Part shown: positions 28,001 to 38,532 of the stretch, one piece after another | Numbering within the stretch: the stretch's first letter is position 1 | Layout: each line of letters begins with the position of its first letter | Source: a candidate division WOR-3 bacterium | GTDB taxonomy: Bacteria > Hydrothermota > 32-111 | NCBI GenBank assembly: GCA_039804105.1 | Contig: JBDRZU010000001.1 | Span: 1,325,685-1,389,684, forward strand | Direction of reading: 5' to 3' | DNA length: 64,000 nucleotides | Made by a program: the position numbers and the translations under genes | Notes under the pieces: model-generated | Databases searched by the model: none | The model's input: the letters and a program-made list of their open reading frames with translations, nothing else | What the model was told of the DNA's origin: nothing

Positions 28001-30243
28001 CAGTACTGTCCAAAAAATTCAGGGTAGTTGATCGGGTTTCCAAGATGAATATTAAATGTAAAGAAATCTCTTCTTATATTGTTTTTAAAATATCCTATGC
28101 CTGTTTCAAAAACTCCAAACGGAGTTGAAAAAGTTAAAGACAATCTTGAGCCAAATATGTATTTTATGAAAAATTGATCTATAATTCCATCAAAAAGAAT
28201 AGAACCTTCATTTTCACTCTGAATATAAAAGTTATCATTTATGAAATATTTTAAAGTGTAGGCGGAAGATATAGTATACCTTTTTTGAAGATTTTTATCA
28301 TAAAGATATCTTAACTCAAAAGTTGGTTGAGATGTCGGATAATCGAGAGAGATTTTTGAAGAAATTGGATAATATGGAAAAAGAAAATATATGAAACCAT
28401 ATTTGAAAACTATCGATGAGTTAAACTTTTTTGATAATCTTTTTTGATCCAGAAAATAACCTGTTGATTTTATGTATATTTGTTTTAAAGAATTCAGATC
28501 AAAAATATCGTTGTAAGTTTTTAAATCGGTTGTTTTGAGTGTGGGATTTGGAAGATTCAATCCAAGAACAAAACTTTTTTTATCCGTTGAAATGTTTAAA
28601 CTTAAAGGTTTTTCTTCTTTGTCAAGAAAGTAGATACCAACAGATGTTTTGAAAAGATCCAGAGAAAGAAATCTTTTATACTTTGATGAAATAAAAAATG
28701 AAAAAATTTTTCGTTTGTCTATGTTTGTCCCAAACAAAAATGTTGTATTGTAATTTTGCTCATAGTTGAAATAGTTATCAAAAACATTGTAATTTTTGTA
28801 GATGTGAAAATTTGAATAGATTCCAGCGAGAAAGTTTGAAAAAAATATACTCGGAGAAAAAAGGTTCAAGGTTAATCCTTTAATATAGTTACCTGCAAAA
28901 CCATATATGTCCAGATATGAAAGCGTGTTGAAAATATTATTTTTTTGATAAACCCCATAAAGATTGATTCCCGCTTTTGAATCACCGAAACCTCCAAATC
29001 TAAAAATTGTTGAATCGATCTCTTTTACTTTAATTTTTAAAATCATTCTCTGGTTGGCTTCATTTATTGTTATTTCAGGTTCGATCGATTCAAATATCGA
29101 AAGGGAATAAAGAGTATAGATTGTTTTTTTCAGATTGTCATAAAAGAAAATGTCTCCCTTTTTCATTTTCACAACATTTCTTATTGATTTTTCACTCCAT
29201 CTATTTTTCGATTCAATAATTAGAGTATCGATGATTCTTCCATTAAAAGTTTTGTATCCTTCTATATAAAATTTTCTGTTTTCTTTTGGGTATTTTTCTT
29301 CTTTTTTGATCTTTTCCTTTATCTGGGGAATGATCTGTTTTGCTTTATCGTATCCTTTTTTTATTATCTCCTCAGATTTTATGAATTCATAACCTCTATA
29401 TTTTCCAACATCAGGTCTTATATAGATACTGTATTTTTCAAGAGTATCAACAGGATAGTTTCTCGTTAACAGATCAACTATTGTAAAAGTTATATCTATA
29501 ATCGAAGGATTTTTTTCTTCAAGATTTTTTCCATCAGAAGAAACATCAACACTGATTATTACATCAGGATTAAAAGTATCTTTTAAAGATTTTAAAGGAA
29601 TATTTTCAAACATTCCACCATCGAAGTATGATATTGAATCAAAAATAACTGGCTTGAACACAAGAGGGATAGCCATGGATGCCCTTATACATTCTTCCAA
29701 TTTTCCTTTGGTGAACACTTTGGGTTTTTCACTTTTCAAATCCGATGCTGTGCAAAGAAATGGCTTATACATTTTTCTGAAATCTGATTTGATCGCATAA
29801 TCAACATCTGAAAAAAATGAGAAGAGTTCCAGATTTATTATCTTATCATCAACTGTTCCTTCAGGCATTTTGAGTTTACCATCTTTTAGTTCAGTAGTTA
29901 AAAATGTTGGATAGGAATTGAGATAAAGATAAACAGGTTGATAATTTTTCAGTGTTGTCTCATTGAGCCAGTTTTTTATATTTTCACTTAAAAAGATTGA
30001 TTCTATTTCACTGGCTGTATAGCCGGAAGCCCACAACCCACCAATTATTGACCCCATACTTGTTCCTGCAACAAAATCTATTGGTATATTGTATTCTTCA
30101 ATCACTTTCAAAACACCGATATGTGCAAGCCCTCTTGCAGCTCCTCCACCAAGGACAAGCCCTACCTTTTCTTGTCCATGTAAAAGAGAAAAAAAACAAA
30201 AGGTAAAAATGAGTAAAAATTTTTTCTTGTTTTTGAAAATCAT
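28000..30243 (-). CDS. Patatin-like phospholipase with probable POTRA and beta-barrel C-terminus (PlpD/type Vd-like)
   Basis: Signal peptide. GGGAARGLAHIG, GTSMG, RASMAIP, DGG. Aromatic beta-strand-rich C-terminus with TPFG...FNIHLG. Confidence 0.82.
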   Translation of the reverse strand: MIFKNKKKFLLIFTFCFFSLLHGQEKVGLVLGGGAARGLAHIGVLKVIEEYNIPIDFVAGTSMGSIIGGLWASGYTASEIESIFLSENIKNWLNETTLKNYQPVYLYLNSYPTFLTTELKDGKLKMPEGTVDDKIINLELFSFFSDVDYAIKSDFRKMYKPFLCTASDLKSEKPKVFTKGKLEECIRASMAIPLVFKPVIFDSISYFDGGMFENIPLKSLKDTFNPDVIISVDVSSDGKNLEEKNPSIIDITFTIVDLLTRNYPVDTLEKYSIYIRPDVGKYRGYEFIKSEEIIKKGYDKAKQIIPQIKEKIKKEEKYPKENRKFYIEGYKTFNGRIIDTLIIESKNRWSEKSIRNVVKMKKGDIFFYDNLKKTIYTLYSLSIFESIEPEITINEANQRMILKIKVKEIDSTIFRFGGFGDSKAGINLYGVYQKNNIFNTLSYLDIYGFAGNYIKGLTLNLFSPSIFFSNFLAGIYSNFHIYKNYNVFDNYFNYEQNYNTTFLFGTNIDKRKIFSFFISSKYKRFLSLDLFKTSVGIYFLDKEEKPLSLNISTDKKSFVLGLNLPNPTLKTTDLKTYNDIFDLNSLKQIYIKSTGYFLDQKRLSKKFNSSIVFKYGFIYFLFPYYPISSKISLDYPTSQPTFELRYLYDKNLQKRYTISSAYTLKYFINDNFYIQSENEGSILFDGIIDQFFIKYIFGSRLSLTFSTPFGVFETGIGYFKNNIRRDFFTFNIHLGNPINYPEFFGQY

Positions 30244-32105
30244 TTTTTCTTTTTATACATCTCCTCTATTTTTGTTTTATATTTGTCTATGATAACTTTT
30301 CTCCTTTTCTTTAATGTTTCTGTTATCTCTTTACCTATCTGTAATTTTTCGGGAATTATGGTAAAGTTTTTTATTGATTCAAATGGATGGAAGTTTTTTG
30401 ATCTGTTGATTCGCTCTTCAATAAAATTTTTAAGAAACTCTTTGACCTTTATATTTTCAACAACTTCTTTCAGATTATCTATATTCAGTTTGAGTTCTTT
30501 TATAAGATTTTTTAATTTTTCCTCTTCGATAAAAATCAAAGCAGCAAGATCTTTCTCATCATCTCCCACAACAACCGCATGTGAAATGAATTCGCTCTCT
30601 TCAAGTTTCTCTTCGATCCTTTGAGGTTCCACATTCTCTCCACCTAAAAGAACTATTGTATCCTTTGCTCTTCCAAGTATTATGAGGTTTCCATTTTTTG
30701 TTATGAATCCAATATCACCAGTATTTAACCAACCATCTTCAGTTAAAACCTTTTTTGTTTCCTCTTCGTTTTTATAATAACCTTTCATAACCTGATCACC
30801 CTTGACATAGATGATCCCTTTTTCACCTTTTTTTACCTTTTTCCCATTTTCATCTCTTAATGAGATCTCTGTTCGGTCAAATGGTATACCAGCCGTAAAA
30901 AGAAAGTTGTAATCGAATCTTCTCGATGTAATTCCTGGCGAGGCTTCTGTCATACCATAGGCGTTTAAAAGTGTTATTCCTACTGTATTAAAGAAATTAT
31001 CAATATATTTTGGAATCATACCCCCACCTGTGAATGCACCTCTCAGCCTTCCACCAAGATTGTCCCTTATAGGTTCAAAGATAAAATATGCGAGTAACGA
31101 TGGTATGAGAAATAGAGGAAAAATTATAAGTGACATCATAATTTTAAAAAATCTTTTTTTATAACCTTCTTCATATAGTTGTGTATCTCTGTTGGTAAGA
31201 ACTCTATAAGAGTATAGATGTTTTTCACGTATGTTTAAAAAAATATAAAAAAATGTTTTTTTGAAAACCTTTTCATTTTTCATTCTATCAATAATCTTTC
31301 TATAAATGTGTTCCCAGATCCTTGGCACTGCGCTCATTATCGTTGGTTTTATTTCAATAAGATCTCTTGCAAAATTCTTCACATTTGAATAATAAATTTT
31401 TGCTCCACCTGCAATACACACATATTCAAAAGTTCTTTCAAAAATATGCCATACTGGTAAAACAGAAACTGTTACATCTCCCTCTTTTCCGTAAGTTTTA
31501 AATTTTATCAATGGAGTTATTGCTGAAACATTATGCATAAAATTTTTGTGTGTGAGTATAACACCTTTTGGGTTTCCGGTTGTTCCTGATGTGTATATGA
31601 TCGTTACAAGATCATCTTTATCGATGTTTGCTTTTTCATAATCTTTCCCATCATCTTTAAAAAGGTCAGAAAAATTAATGAAATTTTCAGATCTGTTGAA
31701 AACTATAATTTTTTCACTTTTTATTATACCTTTTATCGATTGGTAAAGTTTTTCATCCTCAATTATCGCAAACTCTGAATCAGAATGTTTCGCTATGAAA
31801 CCCAACTCACTTTCAGGTGAAGAAGAACTTCTTGGAACATCTACAGCCCCGATCGACAAAAGAGCCATATCTGCAATAAGCCATTCATATCTGTTATCTG
31901 AAATGAGTAAAACTTTTGTTCCCTTTTTTATGCCTAATTTTCTGAATGCGGATGAGACCTTTTTTACTTTTTCAAAAAATTCCTTATAGGTAATATTTTT
32001 AATCCCATTTTGCTCTCTATAACTCTGTAAAATTCTTGAGGAATATTTTTCTACAGAATTTTCTAACATTTCAAAAAGTGTTTTTGAGTTCAGTATTTTT
32101 TCCAT
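30240..32105 (-). CDS. Long-chain fatty acid-CoA ligase (AMP-binding)
   Basis: IIYTSGTTGNPKGV, LPVWHIFER, YGMTE, GW.NTGDIG, GRAKD, GENVEP..IE. Confidence 0.93.
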   Translation of the reverse strand: MEKILNSKTLFEMLENSVEKYSSRILQSYREQNGIKNITYKEFFEKVKKVSSAFRKLGIKKGTKVLLISDNRYEWLIADMALLSIGAVDVPRSSSSPESELGFIAKHSDSEFAIIEDEKLYQSIKGIIKSEKIIVFNRSENFINFSDLFKDDGKDYEKANIDKDDLVTIIYTSGTTGNPKGVILTHKNFMHNVSAITPLIKFKTYGKEGDVTVSVLPVWHIFERTFEYVCIAGGAKIYYSNVKNFARDLIEIKPTIMSAVPRIWEHIYRKIIDRMKNEKVFKKTFFYIFLNIREKHLYSYRVLTNRDTQLYEEGYKKRFFKIMMSLIIFPLFLIPSLLAYFIFEPIRDNLGGRLRGAFTGGGMIPKYIDNFFNTVGITLLNAYGMTEASPGITSRRFDYNFLFTAGIPFDRTEISLRDENGKKVKKGEKGIIYVKGDQVMKGYYKNEEETKKVLTEDGWLNTGDIGFITKNGNLIILGRAKDTIVLLGGENVEPQRIEEKLEESEFISHAVVVGDDEKDLAALIFIEEEKLKNLIKELKLNIDNLKEVVENIKVKEFLKNFIEERINRSKNFHPFESIKNFTIIPEKLQIGKEITETLKKRRKVIIDKYKTKIEEMYKKKK

Positions 32106-32141
32106 AACGATATTATATCCTTTTTTTTAAGAATGAAAAGA

Positions 32142-32169
32142 TTGAAAAAATTTTTCAAAAAGTTATAAT
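32142..32169 (+). promoter_or_regulatory. Putative sigma70 promoter
   Basis: TTGAAA-16-TATAAT, followed by SD GGAGG before ATG 32188. Confidence 0.55.
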
Positions 32170-32187
32170 AAAAAAAATGGAGGGAAA

Positions 32188-32793
32188 ATGAAAATTTTAA
32201 GAAAAAAAATATTTCCTATATTGGTCATAATTTTATCTATTACCTGTGCTAAGGATTTTAAAGTAAAAACTTCAGAGTATTCCTATTTTTTTAAAGAGAG
32301 TAGCACTTTCATATACGATGTATCATCATGGGGAGACAAGTATGAGTTGGTTATCGAGATCAAAAAGATGGACAAAAATCTCCACTATAGATACTGGCTT
32401 GAAGATGATACGATATTTAAATTCGTAGATGATGTCGTGGTTTTACAGAAATCTCTTGAAAATTCAGATAGAATATTTATGAATCTGTGGGATTATAATG
32501 TGAGTAATCTTGATGATAAAATATCTGTATTTTTTTCAAAAAAAGTTTTTAAAGATCTTGTTAACAAAAAAGAAGTTACAATCGATGTTGGAGATGGAGA
32601 AGAACATCTGACTTTTGAAAGAAAAACAACTTACAATTGTGTAATTGATGGAAAAGAGATTGAACTTAAAGCTATTTATGCAACGAGTGATCTTTTTGGT
32701 TATTTTTGGATTCTTGATGATGAAAGGTTTCCCTTGATATTAAAGATGGAAGTTGGATATATAATTGAGCTTAAAGAGATAAATACAAAATAG
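32188..32793 (+). CDS. Hypothetical exported protein, possible lipoprotein
   Basis: SD GGAGG. Basic N-terminus and hydrophobic stretch ending ...LSITC. Confidence 0.6.
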   Translation: MKILRKKIFPILVIILSITCAKDFKVKTSEYSYFFKESSTFIYDVSSWGDKYELVIEIKKMDKNLHYRYWLEDDTIFKFVDDVVVLQKSLENSDRIFMNLWDYNVSNLDDKISVFFSKKVFKDLVNKKEVTIDVGDGEEHLTFERKTTYNCVIDGKEIELKAIYATSDLFGYFWILDDERFPLILKMEVGYIIELKEINTK

Positions 32794-32795
32794 TT

Positions 32796-34070
32796 TTAAA
32801 AAAGATAAAAAAATAAAGTATATACCATAATATTCACAAAAGTTAAAGGTATACCTATTTTTGAAAATTCAAGAATTTTTAATTTTATACCTTTTTTTTC
32901 TGCTGTTTGTAATATTATTATATTGCTCGCTGCTCCAAGAAGAAAAATATTACCAGCTATTGTGCTTCCTGCTGCAAGTGCCATAAGTAGTCTATGATCA
33001 AGATTTTTGAAGGTTTCAAGAAAGAGTATTACAAAAGGAACATTTGAGATCAACTGGCTTAAAATTATTGATGAGGAAAATATAAAATTTAAAGATATTC
33101 TAACATGTTCAAACTTGAACAAAAAGTCAGGTTTTTCTTTTAAGTATAAACTTTTCATAAGAATAAACATAGAAATGAAGAAAATAAGAGTTTTGTAGTC
33201 AAGATTTTTCAATATATGTTTTCTGTTTTGGTTTAAAAGAAGTATCAAAAGTGATGATGGTACTGGAATTACAAAAAGTGGTATTTTGAGATTTCTAAAA
33301 ATTAAAGGTAAAATTACTTTTAAAAAAATCATAAGGATCAGGAGAAACACCGAAAGAAAAGAAATTTTAAAGTTCCTGTTTATCACATATTTTTCCTTCT
33401 CGAAAGATATAGTTCTTTTGAAATCTATCTTTTTTCTAAATACGATTTTCATTGTAAAATAGAGTATAAAAAGGTTCAGAAATGTTGGAAGAAATAGATA
33501 CCTTGTGAATGTGACAAAAGGAGAAATATCGTTTATTCTTGATGCTATCACAAGATTCTGTGGGTTGCCTATTGGGCTTGACACACTTCCAAGAGTGACG
33601 CTGTACGCAAGGACTAACAAAAAAGATTCTGTGTCTATTGAAAACTTTTTTGAGAGATATATCGCAAGAAAAGTTCCAACGATCGCTATCGTGTCGTTCA
33701 TAAAAAAGTATGAAAGAAAACCCATTGTTATTATAAAAAGAAAGAGAAGGGAATCCATATTTTTGGCTCTTGAAAAAATCCTATAACTTAAAGAGTAAAG
33801 GAACCCACTTTCGAAAAGGGATTCACCAACAACAAATATTGATGCTAAAAAAATTATGACTTCGAAATCGATCGCTTTAAATGAGTCGTACAGAGAAATA
33901 CTATTTGTTAAAATAACGAATAGAGCCCCCAAAAACATTACAAGATAAATTTTTATCCTTTCACCAAAAAATTCTCGAAGAAAAATTAAAAGAAAAACTA
34001 TAATTGTTGTAAAAAATGGAATAAAATCTTTAATTTTACTATAGAAGGATAAAAATGAATCCATCTTCAA
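32796..34070 (-). CDS. SLC13/ArsB-NhaD family anion permease
   Basis: Very hydrophobic. FFMNDT, GSVSSPIGNPQN, SQLISNVP, STIAGN..LLGAASN.I. Confidence 0.88.
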   Translation of the reverse strand: MKMDSFLSFYSKIKDFIPFFTTIIVFLLIFLREFFGERIKIYLVMFLGALFVILTNSISLYDSFKAIDFEVIIFLASIFVVGESLFESGFLYSLSYRIFSRAKNMDSLLFLFIITMGFLSYFFMNDTIAIVGTFLAIYLSKKFSIDTESFLLVLAYSVTLGSVSSPIGNPQNLVIASRINDISPFVTFTRYLFLPTFLNLFILYFTMKIVFRKKIDFKRTISFEKEKYVINRNFKISFLSVFLLILMIFLKVILPLIFRNLKIPLFVIPVPSSLLILLLNQNRKHILKNLDYKTLIFFISMFILMKSLYLKEKPDFLFKFEHVRISLNFIFSSSIILSQLISNVPFVILFLETFKNLDHRLLMALAAGSTIAGNIFLLGAASNIIILQTAEKKGIKLKILEFSKIGIPLTFVNIMVYTLFFYLF

Positions 34071-35607
34071 TTTTTGCTATCTCAAGGGATTTGGATCCGT
34101 TAAACTCAAAAGAAAATGTTTTTCTTGTAAATGTCTCATCTTTTAACAAAAAATGTATTTCTGAAGTATAGAAATCTGGGATTATATCTGTAATTTTTAT
34201 TTCTGTTCCAATATTTTTATGTTTTGCCATGTAGTTTAAAAATCTATCGTTGTAGAAAAATATTTTGAAATTGTTATCGACAGCAAAAAACGGATTTGGT
34301 AAAGATTCAAGTATGGAATAATATTTTTTTAACTGGTTGCTCATTTTTTCCTCAAGTATTTTTCTATCTATCAATCTTGAAATCTGCTGTCCCACAAACG
34401 AAAGAAATTCTTTATCCTTTTCGGAGTATTTTATATTTTCATCATAACTTTGAACAACAAGAACTCCGGAAAAATTATCACCAAGAAGTGGAACTCCCAG
34501 CCAGTATTCAGAAAGAGTCCCAACGATTTCCACTTCACCTTTTCTTGAAAGGTTTATTATATCCTGTCTTGTTAAAAGTTTTGTCTCTTTTGTTTTCAAA
34601 ACATATTCTGTTAAACCATTTCCAAATCTTTTTGATGGAGCATGGTTATCTTTCTGATCAACAAAATATGGAAAAGAAATGATATTGCTTTCTTTGTTGT
34701 GTATCGCTATATAAAAATTTTCTGAGAATATTATATTTTTTATTTCCTGATGTAACTTTGTAAAAAGATCTTCAAGGTTTTTTGAACTGTAAATTATATT
34801 TGATATTTTATAAAGAGTCTCATTTAACAATGATGAAAACTTCTTTTCAGTGATATCGTTTATTATCGCTATTATACAATTCTCTTCATCGATTTCTATA
34901 AAATCCGCACTGATACTTGCCCATCCGATCGTTCCATCTTTTCTTCTGAATTTGATCTCAAAGTTTGTTATTGGGCCTTTGGTTAATATTTTGTCTATGA
35001 AAAGGGCTCTCTCTCGAGGATCAGCGTAAAGTATTAGAGTTGATTGTCCGAGTATTTCATTTTGAGTGTATCCAAAAACTTTTTCAACTGAACTGTTTAT
35101 TTCGATTATCTTGCCATCCTCAACCCTGCTTATCAAAACAACGGCAGGATTGTTCTGAAAAATTTTTGCAAACCTTTCATTAACCTTTATGTTTTGGTCT
35201 TCAACATTTTTTTTGAAGGTTATATCTTTTATAAATAAAAGAACTTTATAGTCCTCGCTTTCTATATCTTCTATTGGAATGAAAAGATTTTTAACCCAAA
35301 TCTCTTTTCCTTTGATAACAGTTAAATTGTCTATATCCAAAACTTTTTTCAAATTTAATGCTTTTTGTATACCTTCTTTTTTTTGTTCCAGTTCGAAATC
35401 TTTAAAAAAATATTTTAGAGGGATTTCGCCTTCACTTTTTATTTCAAAAAATTCTTTTGCTTTTTCATTTAGAAATTCAACTGTGAGATCTTTGTTGATC
35501 AGTAACACTACATCATCAAGTAGATTTAAAAAGTTGAAAAATATCTTTTCCTGCTTTATCGCGATCTCTTTCAGTTGTTCGCAACCATATTTTTCAAAAT
35601 TTAACAT
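34039..35607 (-). CDS. PAS/PAS/GAF/PAS sensory protein without output domain
   Basis: PAS-PAC segments (DITFKK; E.N...FGY...E.LG; RRKDG; DITEKK), GAF (FPYFVD, GLTEYV, WLGVPL, VVQSY), terminal PAS. No HisKA, GGDEF or HD-GYP. Confidence 0.75.
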   Translation of the reverse strand: MLNFEKYGCEQLKEIAIKQEKIFFNFLNLLDDVVLLINKDLTVEFLNEKAKEFFEIKSEGEIPLKYFFKDFELEQKKEGIQKALNLKKVLDIDNLTVIKGKEIWVKNLFIPIEDIESEDYKVLLFIKDITFKKNVEDQNIKVNERFAKIFQNNPAVVLISRVEDGKIIEINSSVEKVFGYTQNEILGQSTLILYADPRERALFIDKILTKGPITNFEIKFRRKDGTIGWASISADFIEIDEENCIIAIINDITEKKFSSLLNETLYKISNIIYSSKNLEDLFTKLHQEIKNIIFSENFYIAIHNKESNIISFPYFVDQKDNHAPSKRFGNGLTEYVLKTKETKLLTRQDIINLSRKGEVEIVGTLSEYWLGVPLLGDNFSGVLVVQSYDENIKYSEKDKEFLSFVGQQISRLIDRKILEEKMSNQLKKYYSILESLPNPFFAVDNNFKIFFYNDRFLNYMAKHKNIGTEIKITDIIPDFYTSEIHFLLKDETFTRKTFSFEFNGSKSLEIAKIEDGFIFILL

Positions 35608-35619
35608 TATTTTATTTTA

Positions 35620-36144
35620 TCAATTGGTTTTTATATTGTCAACAAGTAAATTTTTAATGAACTCGACTATATTAAAATGAAAAGGACATATTGAATAACC
35701 CTGAAAAACATAATTGTATATCTTTGAGAAATCTTTTGTTTCGATGTAAGGGAATTCTCTACATTCTGTACCTCTAAAAGGATAAACCGAACATTCATTA
35801 CCTTTGAGGTATTTACATGGGGATTGGTTCATAACAAAAACATTATGCTTTTCATAGAAAATAAAAGTTTTTTCTATAAGTTCTTTTTCATCGATTCCTG
35901 TTCCTTGTGAGAGAATTGGAATATCATCTTTTTCAAAAACGATAATAACTTCTCTACAACAGTTTCCGCATTCCCTGCATTCGAGAATTTTCTTCAGATC
36001 CTCATAGAATCTTTTTACTGGAATATCAAAACTTTTTTTTACACAATCATCAAGATCTCTAAATTTTTCAAAAAAAATTTCGTTTTCATAAGCTTTTATA
36101 GTTGAAATCTTTTTTATCTCTTCTACATTTTTTATTATTTCCAT
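35620..36144 (-). CDS. YkgJ-family CxxCxxCC cysteine-cluster protein
   Basis: CRECGNCC, PCKYL, CSVYP.R...CREFP. Confidence 0.85.
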   Translation of the reverse strand: MEIIKNVEEIKKISTIKAYENEIFFEKFRDLDDCVKKSFDIPVKRFYEDLKKILECRECGNCCREVIIVFEKDDIPILSQGTGIDEKELIEKTFIFYEKHNVFVMNQSPCKYLKGNECSVYPFRGTECREFPYIETKDFSKIYNYVFQGYSICPFHFNIVEFIKNLLVDNIKTN

Positions 36145-36150
36145 CGTTAT

Positions 36151-36178
36151 ATAATAGTTGAATTAAAATATTTTTCAA
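36151..36178 (-). promoter_or_regulatory. Putative sigma70 promoter (leaderless)
   Basis: Minus strand TTGAAA-16-TATTAT, ending 6 nt before ATG 36144. Confidence 0.5.
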
Positions 36179-36204
36179 CATGGACGAATTCTGGAAACTT
36201 CTTA

Positions 36205-36232
36205 TTGACTTAAAAAAATTTTTAAGTAAAAT
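36205..36232 (+). promoter_or_regulatory. Putative sigma70 promoter of rpmH operon
   Basis: TTGACT-16-TAAAAT upstream of SD AGGAGGT. Confidence 0.55.
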
Positions 36233-36281
36233 ACTTTCTTTTAAAAATTTATGATGATTTAAGTTTTGGACAGGAGGTATA

Positions 36282-36431
36282 ATGAAACCAACTTATCATC
36301 CAAGTAAGATAAAAAGAGTGAGAAAACATGGGTTCAGAAAAAGGATGGAGACTTCAAACGGAAGGGAAATACTTTCAAGAAGAAGAGCAAAAGGAAGAAA
36401 ACGTTTGACTGTCTCTGATCCTAAAGTATGA
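36282..36431 (+). CDS. rpmH: 50S ribosomal protein L34
   Basis: Below the ORF-track cutoff. Manual translation [62 protein letters not shown] overlap with rnpA. Confidence 0.97.
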   Translation: MKPTYHPSKIKRVRKHGFRKRMETSNGREILSRRRAKGRKRLTVSDPKV

Positions 36432-36763
36432 GGAGAATTGGGAAAACCCCGATTTTAAAAGAGAGTGAAATAAAGAGTGTCTTTGAAAATCCTAAAAGGA
36501 TTTCATCTGACTCTTTTGTTCTTTTGTACAAAAATGGAAATGAGAAAAAGGTCGCTTTTACTGTGAAAAAGAGGAATTATAAAAATATAGTTGAAAGAAA
36601 TAAAATGAAAAGAATTTTGAGAAAACTTTTTCTGGAAAACGAATCGGGTTTTGTTGAAAAAATGAATTATGTCTTTATAGCGAACAGAAAAATTTTACAA
36701 AAAGATATCGAACAGTTAAAACAAGAATTTTTTGATGTTGTTAAAAAGGTCAAGCAACAATGA
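36428..36763 (+). CDS. rnpA: Ribonuclease P protein component
   Basis: VAFTVKKR...[10 protein letters not shown] (RNR-like motif). Canonical position after rpmH. Confidence 0.9.
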   Translation: MRRIGKTPILKESEIKSVFENPKRISSDSFVLLYKNGNEKKVAFTVKKRNYKNIVERNKMKRILRKLFLENESGFVEKMNYVFIANRKILQKDIEQLKQEFFDVVKKVKQQ

Positions 36764-36969
36764 ATAGAATCTTCATATTTTTTATCAAAATATATAAAAG
36801 ATTTATTTCACCAATGTTTCCTCCAACCTGTCGTTTTACTCCGACATGTTCAGAGTATTCATTGCAGGCGTACCAAAAATATAATTTTATCAAAGCATCT
36901 TTTTTGACTATCAGAAGAATTCTAAGATGTAACCCATTTTCAAAGGGTGGATATGACCCACTCGAATAG
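36760..36969 (+). CDS. yidD: Membrane protein insertion efficiency factor
   Basis: ISP...[10 protein letters not shown]...[13 protein letters not shown]. Confidence 0.96.
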   Translation: MNRIFIFFIKIYKRFISPMFPPTCRFTPTCSEYSLQAYQKYNFIKASFLTIRRILRCNPFSKGGYDPLE

Positions 36970-36978
36970 GAGTTTTTT

Positions 36979-38532
36979 ATGAACAATTCAACGAAAATGC
37001 TTATCATGTTTTTTTTGATAATTTTGATTTTTGCTTATTATTCTTATATGACTCCAAAAACATCAGTTGTCCAAAGTACAACAGATGATAGTTTAAAAGT
37101 TGAGAAAGTTAACACGATTTCCCAAAATATAGAAATCTTGCAACAGAAATCTCCTGAAAATTATATCATACCCAAGGATACAACTTTATTTTATTTTGAG
37201 ACAGATCTTTTGAGAGGAAAAATCTCATCTCTGTCTGGTTCTTTTTCGTCTTTGGTTTTAAAAAATTATAAAACAAGAAAAGGTGATTCTCTCGAACTTT
37301 TAAACGATGGACAGAAACTTTTTAAACTTATTATAAAATCGAACAATCTTGTTATAGATTTTTCAAATATCAATTTTGTTCCGATTTATATAGGGGATAT
37401 AAATCCTTTAAAAAATGATGTTGACTCATTGGTTCTTGTGGGATTTTTTGATACAATCAGGATAACGAGAACTTTTATTTTTAAAAAAGGGAGTTATCTT
37501 ATAACACAAAAAATAGGTTCAAATATACCGCTTGATAAAAAGGAATATATTCTTGAAAAGGGAATTTCTTTTACGGAAGACAATATATCGGATGAGTTAC
37601 AGTACTATGGAGTAAGTTATCATAGTTTTAACAACATTTACAGGATAAAGGAAAAAAATGTTAAAAACACTTCAAATTACTCAGGTACTTATGATTGGAT
37701 GGGAGTTCAAACAAAATATTTCTTTGCTGGAATCATTGGAAAAGGAGATAACATACAGGTAAAAAAACTTGAAGATAAAAAACTTGAAACACAGTTTTCT
37801 ATATTTTCCGATTCAGTTGATTTTTATGTTGGACCAATAGATTATAGGATTCTGAGGCGCTTAAAAAATGGAATGGACAAACTTCCAGATTTTGGATGGT
37901 CATGGATACAGCCGATAAGTAAATTGATACTTTCTTTTTTAATATTTATGTACGGATTCATTCCAAATTATGGAGTGATAATTATACTTCTTTCGATAAT
38001 TTTGATAATAATCTTTTCACCTTTGACTTTTACTTCTTTTTCGTCTATGAGAAAAATGCAGATGATTCAACCACAACTTGAAGAGTTGAAGAAAAAATAT
38101 GCCAAAGATCCACAGAAACTCAATACTGAAACGATGAATCTTTATAAAAAATCTGGAATAAATCCTTTTATGGGATGTTTACCACTTCTAATCCAGATGC
38201 CTATATTTTTTGCTCTTTATGCTATATTGAGAACAACTATTGAATTAAGACAAGCACCTTTTGCCTTCTGGATAAAAGATCTTTCGTATAAGGATCCTTT
38301 CTATGTGCTTCCAATTTTAACCGGTATAACAATGTTTGTTTCACAGAAGATTTCGTCAACAGCAACAGATGAATCACAAAAAATGCTTGTTTACATAATG
38401 CCTGTAATGATCACGATTTTATTCTTAAATATGCCTTCAGGTATAAACCTTTATTGGTTTATTTATAATATTTTGTCTGTAGGACAACAGATTTTAATTA
38501 AAAACAGTATAAAAAAACAGATGGGAGAATGA
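36979..38532 (+). CDS. yidC: Membrane protein insertase YidC
   Basis: Large periplasmic domain. DFGW, NYG..II, SMRKMQ..QP, GCLPLLIQMPIF, ELRQAPF..WI.DLS..DP, PSG..LYW. Confidence 0.95.
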   Translation: MNNSTKMLIMFFLIILIFAYYSYMTPKTSVVQSTTDDSLKVEKVNTISQNIEILQQKSPENYIIPKDTTLFYFETDLLRGKISSLSGSFSSLVLKNYKTRKGDSLELLNDGQKLFKLIIKSNNLVIDFSNINFVPIYIGDINPLKNDVDSLVLVGFFDTIRITRTFIFKKGSYLITQKIGSNIPLDKKEYILEKGISFTEDNISDELQYYGVSYHSFNNIYRIKEKNVKNTSNYSGTYDWMGVQTKYFFAGIIGKGDNIQVKKLEDKKLETQFSIFSDSVDFYVGPIDYRILRRLKNGMDKLPDFGWSWIQPISKLILSFLIFMYGFIPNYGVIIILLSIILIIIFSPLTFTSFSSMRKMQMIQPQLEELKKKYAKDPQKLNTETMNLYKKSGINPFMGCLPLLIQMPIFFALYAILRTTIELRQAPFAFWIKDLSYKDPFYVLPILTGITMFVSQKISSTATDESQKMLVYIMPVMITILFLNMPSGINLYWFIYNILSVGQQILIKNSIKKQMGE

